This document shows, piece by piece, positions 44,128 through 54,630 of a DNA stretch of 64,000 bases. The position numbers and the translations under genes were made by a program. Source of the stretch: an uncultured cyanobacterium (GTDB taxonomy: Bacteria > Cyanobacteriota > Cyanobacteriia > Cyanobacteriales > Cyanobacteriaceae). The stretch spans positions 1,280,001-1,344,000 of the forward strand of contig CAVQBA010000004.1 of NCBI GenBank assembly GCA_963710605.1, given 5' to 3'. Within the stretch, counting starts at the first letter, position 1; each line of letters starts with the position of its first letter. The notes beneath the pieces were generated by a model. That model made no database searches, had not been told where the DNA came from, and was given only the letters and a program-made list of their open reading frames with translations.

Positions 44128-45228
44128 ATGATTGGAGAAATTTCTTACACTCAAGAGATATATCATCTTCTGACTTTTCTAGTTGCCATGAATGTAGTTT
44201 TGTGGTGTACGCCCGTAGTCAAAAGTATTGGCTTGAAATGTGGTTATGTCGATAAACCAAATGCTCGCAAAATACATCATCTACCAATTGTACGTATTGG
44301 CGGAATAGCTATTTTTGCTGGTACAACAGCGGCTTTACTGATTGTCTGGTGGTTAGGAGGATTTGGGGTTTTATCTCCTGAAAAAGATGCTGAAATCTGG
44401 GGTGTAACCATCGGTGCTATCCTTTTCTTTTTTATTGGTTTGGCAGATGACTTATTTAGTTTATCACCTTCTTCACGTTTATTGATGCAAGCGATCGTTG
44501 CTTCTTTTGCATGGTATAAAGGTGTCAAAATTAGTTTTTTTAGTATTCCTTTTGGCGATTCGATTATTAATATAGATATGTGGTGGTTGAGTTTACCGAT
44601 TACCGTCATTTGGTTAGTGGGAATGGTTAATGCAGTTAATTGGATTGATGGCTTAGATGGTTTAGCCGCAGGAGTTTGTGGGATAGCGGCGGTGGTAATG
44701 TTAGTTGTCAGTTTATTCATGAATCAACCAGCGGCGGCATTGTTAGCGGCGGCATTAGCAGGAGGTGCATTAGGTTTTCTGAGGTATAATTTTAATCCTG
44801 CCCAAATTTTTATGGGTGATGGCGGGGCATACTTTATGGGTTTTATGTTAGCTGGTGTAGCTGTCATTGGTATTTCTAAAACCGCAGTGGTAACGGCTGT
44901 ACTTTTACCTTATGTTATTTTGGCAGTACCCATTTTAGATATGTCTTGGGTAATTCTGTCTCGTGTTTTACAAGGTAAGTCTCCTCTTTTAGCCGATAAT
45001 CGACATTTACATCATCGATTGTTAGAAGCTGGTATTTCTCAACGTTTAACCGCAATGTATATTTATTCTCTTACTTTGTGGGCAGGAAGTTTAGGTTTAG
45101 CTTTTTCAGGTTTTCCTAGTGGCGGAGTTTATGCGGCTGGGGCAACTATGTTACTTTTTTATACTACTTGGTATGTCTGGAAAAATCGACGAACAAAATC
45201 AAAAACGATCAAGATTAAACAAGATTAA
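44128..45228 (+). CDS. MraY/WecA/TagO-family glycosyl-1-phosphate transferase
   Basis: DKPNARKIH, GLADD, NWIDGLDGLA, IFMGDGG and HLHHRL motifs. Confidence 0.92.
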   Translation: MIGEISYTQEIYHLLTFLVAMNVVLWCTPVVKSIGLKCGYVDKPNARKIHHLPIVRIGGIAIFAGTTAALLIVWWLGGFGVLSPEKDAEIWGVTIGAILFFFIGLADDLFSLSPSSRLLMQAIVASFAWYKGVKISFFSIPFGDSIINIDMWWLSLPITVIWLVGMVNAVNWIDGLDGLAAGVCGIAAVVMLVVSLFMNQPAAALLAAALAGGALGFLRYNFNPAQIFMGDGGAYFMGFMLAGVAVIGISKTAVVTAVLLPYVILAVPILDMSWVILSRVLQGKSPLLADNRHLHHRLLEAGISQRLTAMYIYSLTLWAGSLGLAFSGFPSGGVYAAGATMLLFYTTWYVWKNRRTKSKTIKIKQD

Positions 45229-45421
45229 TGGATTGACAGGATTATTTATTGGCGATGAAAAATTGACAATTGACAATGTTTAAACGTTTTAGCTTTATTT
45301 ACTATTTTTTAAGATATTACAAGTGATTTAATTTTATTAGATAAATTATGAAGTATATTAAGTTGAAGAAAGACGATCGACTATACTTCAATTATTAACT
45401 ATTAACTATCAACTATATAAA

Positions 45422-45661
45422 ATGTCTTTAAAATACAATAACAATCAATCTCAATATCAATTAAAAGTAGAAGATAATGATCAAAAAATTGAAGCTTGGT
45501 TAACCGAAAATATTAGTAATATGTCTCCTGAAAAAGTAGATCAACTTATTACTGAAAATCAAATATTAATTAATAAATCCGTTTGTAAAAATAAAAATAC
45601 TATTCTTAAACAAGGAGACGAAGTTATTGTTAATGTACCACCTGATTTTTCTGAAAAATAA
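45422..45661 (+). CDS. Stand-alone copy of the RluD N-terminal S4 domain (small protein or duplication remnant)
   Basis: Aligns over its whole length with the first ~79 aa of 45813..46745. Confidence 0.7.
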   Translation: MSLKYNNNQSQYQLKVEDNDQKIEAWLTENISNMSPEKVDQLITENQILINKSVCKNKNTILKQGDEVIVNVPPDFSEK

Positions 45662-45812
45662 TTCGATCGAATAAGTAAAGATTAGATATATATCTTGATC
45701 ACAACAATTACGCAAAAAATGGTAAGTATTAATTACTAATTATTAATTATTCACTTATACTGAATAATACTTTAAATATGCTTTCAGTCTTATTAGCTAT
45801 TCATGATTTTAA

Positions 45813-46745
45813 ATGAGTTTAGAAAACGATAATAATCAATCTCAATATCAGTTAAAAGTAGAAGACGATGGTCAAAGAATTGATGCTTGGTTAGCTGAAA
45901 ATATTAACCCAATATCTAGAACTAGAATTCAAAAACTAATTAGTGAAAACCAAATACTAGTTAATAAATCTGTTTGTAAAAATAAAAAAATAATTCTTAA
46001 ACAAGGAGATGAAATTGTTGTTAATATTCCTCCTCCTGTTTCTTCTGAATTAATTGCTCAAGATATTCCTTTAGATATTCTTTATGAAGATGAATATTTG
46101 CTCGTTATCAATAAATCTGCTAATTTAGTCGTACATCCTGCCCCCGGACATTATCAAGGCACACTTGTCAACGCACTTTTAGCTCATTGCCCCGATTTAA
46201 AAGGGATTGGTGGTGTCGAACGCCCCGGGATTGTTCACCGCTTAGATAAAGATACCACAGGTGCGATCGTAGTAGCGAAAACAGAACCCGTTTTACACCA
46301 TCTTCAAGCTCAAATTAAAGCTAAAACTGCCCAAAGAGAGTATCTAGGAATAGTTTATGGTGCTCCACCTACACACAGCGGTATAGTTGATTTACCTATA
46401 GGTAGAAATCCTCACGATCGTAAAAAAATGGCGATCGTTCCTGTCGAAAAAAATGGTAAATCTGCGGTAACTCATTGGCAAATAGAAGAAAGAATCGGTA
46501 ATTATAGTTTGATGCACTTTCGCTTAGAAACAGGGCGTACTCATCAAATAAGGGTACATATTAGCCAGTTAGGACACTCGATCGTAGGCGACCCTTTGTA
46601 TAGTTCTGGACGTAATTTAGACGTTAATTTAACGGGACAGGCTTTACACGCTGTTCGTTTGACTTTAATTCATCCGATAACCGAAGAAACTATCAGTGCG
46701 ATCGCTCCTTTACCTCAAGAATTTGAAACCTATTACGAATTTTGA
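45813..46745 (+). CDS. rluD: RluA/RluD family pseudouridine synthase
   Basis: S4 domain, VVHPAPGH, HRLDKDTTG, TGRTHQIRVH, GDPLY and QALHA motifs. Confidence 0.9.
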   Translation: MSLENDNNQSQYQLKVEDDGQRIDAWLAENINPISRTRIQKLISENQILVNKSVCKNKKIILKQGDEIVVNIPPPVSSELIAQDIPLDILYEDEYLLVINKSANLVVHPAPGHYQGTLVNALLAHCPDLKGIGGVERPGIVHRLDKDTTGAIVVAKTEPVLHHLQAQIKAKTAQREYLGIVYGAPPTHSGIVDLPIGRNPHDRKKMAIVPVEKNGKSAVTHWQIEERIGNYSLMHFRLETGRTHQIRVHISQLGHSIVGDPLYSSGRNLDVNLTGQALHAVRLTLIHPITEETISAIAPLPQEFETYYEF

Positions 46746-46825
46746 GACAGAAACAATAAGAATGAAGAGTAAAGGATGAATAATAATTGAGAATGAATAA
46801 TTAGTAATCATTTTGAAAAAATATC

Positions 46826-47530
46826 ATGTCAGATTTAATTTACTATTTAGAAAAAATCGATCGTTATGTAGAGCAATATTGCAATACATCTAATAATAGA
46901 GTTTCTATATTAGCAGAAGGAATATCTCGTGAAGAAATCGATCGTCTTATTTTTGACCAAGTACAATTTTATACTAAGCGTAATCCCAAGTCTAACTTAA
47001 ACAATATTTCATTCAATCCTTGTGAAGATTTTTATCAATTACATCAATGGCATAATGGAGCAGAATCATATTCTCAAATTACAGAGTTTTCTGATAGTAT
47101 CGAATATATCTCATTTCTGAATGAAGAGATATATTGGTACGACCTCAAATCTACATTGAATATTAATGAATCAGGAGTAAACTGTAGCTTATTTTTAGAT
47201 GAAGGAGGAGGCTCTTGTTTAACAAGTAACAAAAAATTGCATCAAGAATCTAAAATTTTCTTCGATTGGGAAAGTGATAGTTGTTGTTCTTTAACTGAAT
47301 TTATCAAAGGTTATGCAGAAGTATTAGATATTACTCTTAATCTTTTATTTGAAAAAGGCAACTTTGATGGAGATTATAAAGATCGTTTAGAAAGCTGGGA
47401 AAATATTGTTATAACTTTAAATGAAAATCAGGAAACAAATTGGGCGTTTAAATGGCTAAGTATTACAGGTTTTTTAAATGCTGCTTTAAATGTTGAGGGA
47501 TATGACTCTAAGTTATGGTACTCTTTATAA
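46826..47530 (+). CDS. Hypothetical protein, possibly SMI1/KNR4 (SUKH)-like
   Basis: LAEGISREEID...PCEDFYQLHQWHNG...SLTEFI matches the usual SMI1/KNR4 motif order. Confidence 0.55.
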   Translation: MSDLIYYLEKIDRYVEQYCNTSNNRVSILAEGISREEIDRLIFDQVQFYTKRNPKSNLNNISFNPCEDFYQLHQWHNGAESYSQITEFSDSIEYISFLNEEIYWYDLKSTLNINESGVNCSLFLDEGGGSCLTSNKKLHQESKIFFDWESDSCCSLTEFIKGYAEVLDITLNLLFEKGNFDGDYKDRLESWENIVITLNENQETNWAFKWLSITGFLNAALNVEGYDSKLWYSL

Positions 47531-47789
47531 CAAAATTCGCTTGTCACTCAAACAAATAAAGATGGTAGCTAATAATTTGATTCCTAACTTCCACCTTCAA
47601 AGATATTTATTTTGGCGTTATTCTTTGATTTGGCAAAAACCTTAATATTTCGGCTGTTTGATTTATTGACGATGATTTAAAGCTCAGTTATAAATAAATT
47701 GATTAAAGTTGACGATCGATGCCTAACCCATCCTACTACTGAATCAAGGGTGCAATACCTTGCACCCCTACAAAAGAATATCTAATAAC

Positions 47790-48491
47790 TTAAGGTAAAT
47801 CAAAAAGCAAAATTTCGCTATCATCTTTATTGGCTACGATCGTAATTTGTTGTTCTTGAGTTATACCTGCACCGTCACCTGCTGTTAAAACTCGATCGTT
47901 AACTTCTATTGAACCTTTAGCTACTTGTATCCATACCGATCGATCATTGTTGTTAGTATAATCAACTCGATCGCCATTATTTAACGAGCCGACATATAAA
48001 TTGACATCCTGATGAATTTTAACCGAATTGTCTCTACCATCTTCTGATACAACTAGTTGTAACTTACCTTGATTAGCTTGAAAATCGAAATGTTTTTGTT
48101 CGTAACTAGGTTTAATGCCATATTGATTCGGTGTAATCCAAATTTGTAGAAAATGGACTGGGTTAGTATCCGAAGCATTGTATTCACTATGAGCGATACC
48201 CGTACCTGCCGACATTCTTTGTACATCCCCTGGGCGGATAATTGAACCATTACCGATACTATCTCTATGCTCTAATTCTCCTTTTAAGACATAAGAAATG
48301 ATTTCCATATCTCGGTGAGAGTGAGTACCAAATCCTTGCCCAGCTTTTACTCTGTCTTCATTAATTACTCTTAACTTATTAAATCCCATCTGATTAGGAT
48401 CATAATAACTACCAAAGGAAAACGTATGTTTGCTATCAAGCCAACCAAAATTAGCATTACCTCTTGCTTGGTTAGAACGAATAGTAATCAT
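47790..48491 (-). CDS. Pirin family protein
   Basis: WLDSKHTFSF, GFGTHSHRDMEI, MSAGTGIAHSE and FLQIWI motifs. Confidence 0.95.
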   Translation of the reverse strand: MITIRSNQARGNANFGWLDSKHTFSFGSYYDPNQMGFNKLRVINEDRVKAGQGFGTHSHRDMEIISYVLKGELEHRDSIGNGSIIRPGDVQRMSAGTGIAHSEYNASDTNPVHFLQIWITPNQYGIKPSYEQKHFDFQANQGKLQLVVSEDGRDNSVKIHQDVNLYVGSLNNGDRVDYTNNNDRSVWIQVAKGSIEVNDRVLTAGDGAGITQEQQITIVANKDDSEILLFDLP

Positions 48492-48542
48492 CGTTTATAC
48501 CTCCTTTCTCTTTCCTTTTTTATCTATATCTTAATTATGCAC

Positions 48543-48561
48543 TGTCTATTATAAAATGACA
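48543..48561. promoter_or_regulatory. Candidate LysR operator in the pirin/LysR divergent gap
   Basis: Dyad TGTC-N11-GACA between the divergent genes. Confidence 0.35.
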
Positions 48562-48612
48562 ATAAGCAATTTTATTGACATATTGTATCTATTTTAAGGA
48601 CAATATTAGATT

Positions 48613-49521
48613 ATGGATAAATTTGAAAGTATCAAAGCATTTACCAAGGTAGTTGAAGAAGGAGGATTTGCGGCGGCGGCTCGTAAAATGCAGTTGTCTC
48701 GCTCTTCTGTGAATAAGTTAGTAATTAATTTAGAGAATCAATTAGGAGTACAATTACTTTATCGAACTACCCGTCAAGTGACACCTACAGATACAGGTAG
48801 AGTTTTTTACGATCGTTGTTTGGCTATTCTATCTAGTTTAGAAGAAGCAGAAATTTTAGTCAGTCAACAACATGAGCAACCAAAAGGAATATTGAAAATC
48901 AATGCCCCGATGTCTTTTGGTATTTCGTTTTTAGGAGCAAAAATAGCTGATTTTATGGCTGAGTACAAGCAAGTTAAAATACAATTGACTTTAGAAGATC
49001 GCTTTGTCGATCCGATCGCTGAAGGTTATGATTTAGTGATTAGGATTGGTTCGCCTATTTCTTCACCTAATTTAGTGGTCGATCATTTAACGACAATTCC
49101 TCGTGTAATTTGTGCTTCTCCTGGTTATTTAGAAACTCATGGCATACCTCAAAATATTTCAGAGTTAAAAAATCATGCTTGTTTGACTTATGGTTATTTA
49201 GCAACAGGTTGTCAGTGGCTATTTATTAATTCAAATGGTGATGAAGAAACAGTTAAAATTGAAAGTATTTTTTGTTCTAATAATGGCGAAACTCTTAGAG
49301 ATATAGCTGTCAAAGGTTTAGGCATTGCTTTGTTACCTACTTTTATCGTCGTTCGAGAATTAAAGGAAGGACGATTACAAGTTATTTTATCTGATTATCA
49401 ATGTCCACAATTAAATCTAAGTACTATCTATCCTCTTCATCGACATTTATCTACCAAAATACGATTATTTAATCAATTTCTACAAGAATGTCTAACACCA
49501 GAAAATAATCAAAAAGTTTGA
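48613..49521 (+). CDS. LysR-type transcriptional regulator (CrgA/DmlR-like)
   Basis: GGFAAAARKM...LENQLGVQLLYRTTRQV HTH plus a substrate-binding domain; divergent from pirin. Confidence 0.95.
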   Translation: MDKFESIKAFTKVVEEGGFAAAARKMQLSRSSVNKLVINLENQLGVQLLYRTTRQVTPTDTGRVFYDRCLAILSSLEEAEILVSQQHEQPKGILKINAPMSFGISFLGAKIADFMAEYKQVKIQLTLEDRFVDPIAEGYDLVIRIGSPISSPNLVVDHLTTIPRVICASPGYLETHGIPQNISELKNHACLTYGYLATGCQWLFINSNGDEETVKIESIFCSNNGETLRDIAVKGLGIALLPTFIVVRELKEGRLQVILSDYQCPQLNLSTIYPLHRHLSTKIRLFNQFLQECLTPENNQKV

Positions 49522-49538
49522 GGTGATATAATAGCTTA

Positions 49539-49887
49539 TTACTGACCGATAGTAATCACCCTACGAATCTCTTCGTTACGAAAACCGATCGCCAATAGTT
49601 TTCTCTTGCTGGCAAAGTGTTTTCAAATAGCCATAGTTGATACAAAGTACTGACGTAAAGACTATTCTTATTAGCAAACATACCCATACATCGATCGAGA
49701 GTACGTTCAAATACAGATAACTTACCGTCGGTTTTTAAACCAATAAACCAATAAAAAATATTTTACCTGCTTGATAAGTCGTAAAAGCAAGAGATCACTT
49801 TTGTTTATATAATCAAGAAGTAAATTGCCGAAAAGCATCAATTTCTAACAATCTTTAGTCAGATTTTAGTGTTTGAGGATTAGTCAT
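49539..49887 (-). pseudogene. Decayed TIGR03032-family gene (~0.7 kb internal deletion, nonsense codons, 8-bp duplication)
   Basis: Both ends match 53257..54315 (MTNPQT... and AIGFRNEEIRRVITIG), joined near 49595. Confidence 0.9.
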
Positions 49888-50047
49888 TTTAATAATTTAC
49901 TTAGACAAATAATTGCTATATGCAACCTAATAATTAAGCCATATTTTAATTGCATCATCTTCCAAAAAATGTTAAATTAATTACCTTCAATGTACGATGA
50001 TTAACACAATTAAACAATACTTCAAAAATTAAAAAAATTAATTTATT

Positions 50048-52123
50048 ATGAATGTTATTAGCACCTTTGAACTAAGTAGCCTAAATGGAAGTAATGGTTT
50101 TGTTCTCAACGGTATCGATCAAGGCGATCGATCGGGACGTTCTGTTAGTAGTGCAGGAGATATTAATGGAGATGGTTTTGATGACATAATTATTGGTGCA
50201 CCGACCGCTTCTCCTAATGAGGATCAGACTCCGGGAGAAAGTTATGTAGTGTATGGTCGCGCGAATGGTTTTTCTCCATTGATTGAGTTATCTTCACTTG
50301 ATGGAAGTAACGGTTTTAAAATTAATGGTATTGATGACAGAGATCGATCAGGACGTTCTGTTAGTAATGCAGGGGATGTCAATGGAGATGGTCTTGATGA
50401 CATAATTATTGGGGCACCGCTTGGGGATGCCAATGGCAATGATACAGGAGAAGCTTATGTTATATATGGTAGTACGAACGGTTTTTCTTCATCAATTGAA
50501 TTATCCTCACTTAATGGAAGTAACGGTTTTCAAATCAATGGTCTTGATGACAGAGATAATTTCGGACAAGATGTCAGTTACGCAGGGGATGTCAATGGAG
50601 ATGGTCTCGATGACATAATTATTGGTGCAGATCGTGCCGATCCCAATAACATAGATGAAGCGGGAAAAAGTTATGTCGTGTTTGGTAGCATAAGCGGTTT
50701 TGCTCCTGAAATTGAATTATCCTCACTTAATGGCAGTAATGGTTTTGTTATCAACGGTATCGATAGTCAAGATAATTCAGGACGTTCTGTTAGTAGTGCA
50801 GGGGATGTCAATGGAGATGGTCTTGATGATGTAATTATTGGTGCACCTTTTAGCGATGTTAATAACGATGACGCAGGAGGAAGTTATGTCGTGTTTGGTA
50901 GCACAAGTGGTTTTACTCCTGAAATTGAATTATCATCACTTAACGGCAGTAATGGTTTTAGAATCAATGGTATCGATTTCCAAAGTAAATCGGGTTTTAG
51001 CGTCAGTAGTGCAGGGGATGTCAATGGAGATGGTATTGATGACGTAATTATTGGTGCATCGTTCGGCGATGATAATCTTAATGAGACAGGAGTAAGCTAT
51101 GTAGTATTTGGTAAGACAAGCGGTTTTGCTCCTGAAATTGAATTATCATCACTTAATGGCAGTAATGGTTTTAAAATCAATGGTATCGATCCCAATGATT
51201 TTGCGGGAGAGAGAGTCAGTAGCGCAGGAGATTTCAATGGTGATGGTCTTGATGACATAGTTATTGGTGCTAGATCAGCCGATGCCAATGGCGATTCATC
51301 AGGGGAAAGTTATGTCCTGTATGGTAGCACAAGCGGTTTTGCTCCTGAAATTGAATTATCCTCACTTGATGGTAGTAATGGTTTTGTTATCAACGGTATT
51401 GATAGTTTTGATAGTTCAGGACGTTCTGTCAGTAGTGCAGGGGATGTCAATGGAGATGGCTTTGACGATTTAATTATTAGTGCAGATGGAAGCGATCCTA
51501 ATGACAAGCGGCAGGCCGGAGAAAGTTATGTAGTGTTTGGTTTTTCCAGTTCTTTAACCTTGATGGGAGGTACTGCTCAAATTGCTTACGTTGCCTATTA
51601 TGGCAGACCAGCCGATAACGGCGGACAAGCTTTTTGGAATCAAGTACTTAGCGATAATAATATTAATTATTCTCCTCGTACTGGCGATTCTTTGACAGGA
51701 AACGATCTAGATACTTATAACCTAGTTGTTAATGATTTTGGTAATGCAGAAGAAGCTAATCGTATATTCGGAGCGTTAAATAATCGAGATAAAGTCAATA
51801 CGGTTTATAACTTTGCTTTTGATCGTGATGGAGATACTGGAGGTTTAGACTTTTGGACAGATCAGCTCGATCGAGGTAATGTAAGCTTAACTTCTTTTGC
51901 GATGGAAGTAGCATTGGGTGCACAAAACGAAGATATTATTACTTTAACTAATAAAATTGAAAGTGCCAATTTATTTTCTAGTTCGATCGATACACCCGCG
52001 GAAACTCAAGCTTATACGGGAAATACGGGAGAAGTATTTGGACGAGATTGGTTAGCAGGATATGGAACACAAATCGCCAGTCAAACGCAAGTTGATAATG
52101 CTTTGACCGATTTAGTCGGATAA
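50048..52123 (+). CDS. FG-GAP (integrin-alpha-like) 7-repeat protein with DUF4214/S-layer-anchor-like C-terminus
   Basis: Seven AGD-x-NGDG-x-DD repeats; C-terminal YVAYYGRPAD and FDRDGDTGGLDFW. Confidence 0.88.
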   Translation: MNVISTFELSSLNGSNGFVLNGIDQGDRSGRSVSSAGDINGDGFDDIIIGAPTASPNEDQTPGESYVVYGRANGFSPLIELSSLDGSNGFKINGIDDRDRSGRSVSNAGDVNGDGLDDIIIGAPLGDANGNDTGEAYVIYGSTNGFSSSIELSSLNGSNGFQINGLDDRDNFGQDVSYAGDVNGDGLDDIIIGADRADPNNIDEAGKSYVVFGSISGFAPEIELSSLNGSNGFVINGIDSQDNSGRSVSSAGDVNGDGLDDVIIGAPFSDVNNDDAGGSYVVFGSTSGFTPEIELSSLNGSNGFRINGIDFQSKSGFSVSSAGDVNGDGIDDVIIGASFGDDNLNETGVSYVVFGKTSGFAPEIELSSLNGSNGFKINGIDPNDFAGERVSSAGDFNGDGLDDIVIGARSADANGDSSGESYVLYGSTSGFAPEIELSSLDGSNGFVINGIDSFDSSGRSVSSAGDVNGDGFDDLIISADGSDPNDKRQAGESYVVFGFSSSLTLMGGTAQIAYVAYYGRPADNGGQAFWNQVLSDNNINYSPRTGDSLTGNDLDTYNLVVNDFGNAEEANRIFGALNNRDKVNTVYNFAFDRDGDTGGLDFWTDQLDRGNVSLTSFAMEVALGAQNEDIITLTNKIESANLFSSSIDTPAETQAYTGNTGEVFGRDWLAGYGTQIASQTQVDNALTDLVG

Positions 52124-52591
52124 AAATGAAAATAGTTTAACTAAAATTAATCTTTTATAAATTGTCATAGACAAAAATAATATTTGATCGTCAATTTTAA
52201 AAATACCTTAATCTTAATTAGTTTATTCTCCTATCTTTTTACTGTAAGTAGCTTTTTTATAACAGAGTTTGATTTTTATCTGGATGTTTTATCTGGCTTT
52301 ATCTGTTGCCGGCTTAATTTAATTTGGTATTATATTCGGTGATAAGTAGAAAGTGAAAAGTATTAATTATTATTTAAGGTATTTCTATGGCTAAAATCTG
52401 TTATTTTTGTCCTAATTTTGAAAAACTAGATGAAGGCATTCATGAAACCTATTGGCGGGTATGACAATTACGTTAACAAAGAGATCATACATATGATGCA
52501 ATAGTAGTATTCAATTCTTAATTTTTTAGTCTCGATCGTTGTTTTTCCTCAATTCAAGCTTGTTTAACTTCTTTACCAAAAAGTACAAAAC

Positions 52592-53087
52592 CGATCCGAT
52601 CGCTGAAGGTTACGATTTAGTGATTAGAATTGGTTTACCTACACCCTCACCTAATTTAGTGATTCATCCACTAACAAAAATTCCTCGTGTAATTTGTGCT
52701 TCTCCTATTTATCTACAAACTTATGGAATACCCAAAAATATTCAAGAGTTAAAAAACCATGCTTGTTTAAATTATGGCTATTTAACTACAGGTTGTCAGT
52801 GGCAATTTATCAATTCAGATGAAGAAGAAGAAACCGTAAGAATTGAAAGTTTTTTTTGTTCTAATAATGGTGAAATTCTCAAAGATATTGCAGTTAAAGG
52901 TTTAGGGATTGCTTTGTTACCTACTTTTATAGTCGATCGAGAATTAAAGGAAGGACGATTGCAAGTTATTTTGCCTCAATATCGCTCTCTAGAATTAAAT
53001 CTCAGTATTATTTATCCCCTCCACAGACATCTTTCTACTAAAATTCAATTACTCAAGCAATTTTTACAACAATGTTTGAGTAATTGA
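52592..53087 (+). pseudogene. 5'-truncated duplicate of the LysR gene (no HTH)
   Basis: Similarity to the intact LysR starts abruptly at CGATCCGATCGCTGAAGGTTA (52592; cf. 49009). Confidence 0.88.
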
Positions 53088-53101
53088 AAACGATCGTTTA
53101 G

Positions 53102-53236
53102 TAAGTAGCTCCACTTAATTAAACGTAAAATAGACTTATGTTAGTAGTTAGGGCTTTAGCCCTTGTGTTAATAGCGTTTTGAACCGCCATTAAGGGGTAA
53201 CTACTAAATGCGTGTTTATTTAGTTTGAGCTACTTA
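53102..53236. mobile_element. 135-bp MITE-like element containing a REP-like palindrome
   Basis: 10-bp perfect TIR TAAGTAGCTC / GAGCTACTTA with further imperfect pairing inward. Confidence 0.65.
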
Positions 53237-53256
53237 TGATATGAGAGAATAGTATG

Positions 53257-54315
53257 CTATTTGCCGATAGTAATCACCCGGCGAATCTCTTCGTTACGAA
53301 AACCAATCGCCATTGGTGTTAACTTATTTGGTAAAACTACTACATCAAATAGTTCGATGACGCATCCTTCTATATTAAGACTATGAACTATATCCCCTGT
53401 CGTTAAATTAATAATCAAAATCCCACAACGAGGACTAATTTTTTCTTTCTCCAAACGATCGTTGAAAGCCAAACTAGAAAAACTTTTATTCTCTCTAGAT
53501 TTTGATAAACCAACGATCGCAAAATTATCATAAAAAGCCATCCCTCTTAGATAACCAGGACAAAAAGTAACGGGAATAAATTCGCCACGATCGAAATCTA
53601 CATAACCAAATTCACCCTTCCCTGAATTATGTACCCATAACTTTCCTTGATAAAAACGAGGAGAATGAGGCATCGATAAACCCGTTGTTATAATTTCATT
53701 TGTCTGCATATCGATAACACAACCACCATCATTTCGATGCTCCCGCCAGCCATCAAGTATATTACTCTGACTTACCGCAGTTACATAACGAGGTTGCCCA
53801 TCTCTAAGTGCTAAACCGTTTAAATGACAGCGATCTTCTGCCGCTAGTTTATCAATAAATGGCGGTTTCCATAAAGGAGTAAAACTATGGGTAGTAGAGA
53901 CTGTGGCGACACAATTGAATAGAGTATTGACAAATACTATTTTTCCATCTTCTAATACTACCAAATCGTGAATATCCAAATCTCCTGTCACATAACTCAT
54001 TTGAGGAACGAAATAACTATCATAACCTCGATAATTTTCTCCTGCTGATAAAGTATTTTCAAATCGCCACAACTGATATAAAGTACTAACGTAAATACTA
54101 TTTTGGTTAGCAAACATACCCATACAACGATCGAGAGTACGTTCAAATACAGATAATTTACCCTCGGTTGTTAAACCTACAAAAAAGATTTTACCTGCTT
54201 GATAAGTAGTAAAAGCAAGAGATAACTTTTGTTCGTATAGCCATGAAGTGAATTGCCGAGAAGCGTCAATTTCTAAAAACTTTTGGTCGGATTTTTGAGT
54301 TTGGGGATTAGTCAT
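53257..54315 (-). CDS. TIGR03032 family protein
   Basis: SLAFTTYQAGK, TGDLDIHD, EDRCHLNGLA, GLSMPHSPR and FCPGYLRG motifs. Confidence 0.9.
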   Translation of the reverse strand: MTNPQTQKSDQKFLEIDASRQFTSWLYEQKLSLAFTTYQAGKIFFVGLTTEGKLSVFERTLDRCMGMFANQNSIYVSTLYQLWRFENTLSAGENYRGYDSYFVPQMSYVTGDLDIHDLVVLEDGKIVFVNTLFNCVATVSTTHSFTPLWKPPFIDKLAAEDRCHLNGLALRDGQPRYVTAVSQSNILDGWREHRNDGGCVIDMQTNEIITTGLSMPHSPRFYQGKLWVHNSGKGEFGYVDFDRGEFIPVTFCPGYLRGMAFYDNFAIVGLSKSRENKSFSSLAFNDRLEKEKISPRCGILIINLTTGDIVHSLNIEGCVIELFDVVVLPNKLTPMAIGFRNEEIRRVITIGK

Positions 54316-54630
54316 TTTAATAATTTACCAAAAAAATTAGCACAACGCTCTCACGATAATTTTAATTTAAAGGCAATCGCACTTCAAGCATTTAGTTTAT
54401 TTATTCTTATTCAACAGTATCTTCTGGCGAGCGAATAAACTCAAAATAAAATAGTTTTGAAGGCGAGCGAAAAATTATCTCAGTAAGATTATTAACAACT
54501 GTGAAAATTGGTAATTATTCGATCGAATTTTCCTTTTCTTAGGAAGCTTTAAGTATTGTATGAATTATATATCATTGTATCAATTACGTATTATTATCTA
54601 CTTAGTCAAAAAAACTAAAGTGAATCTGTG

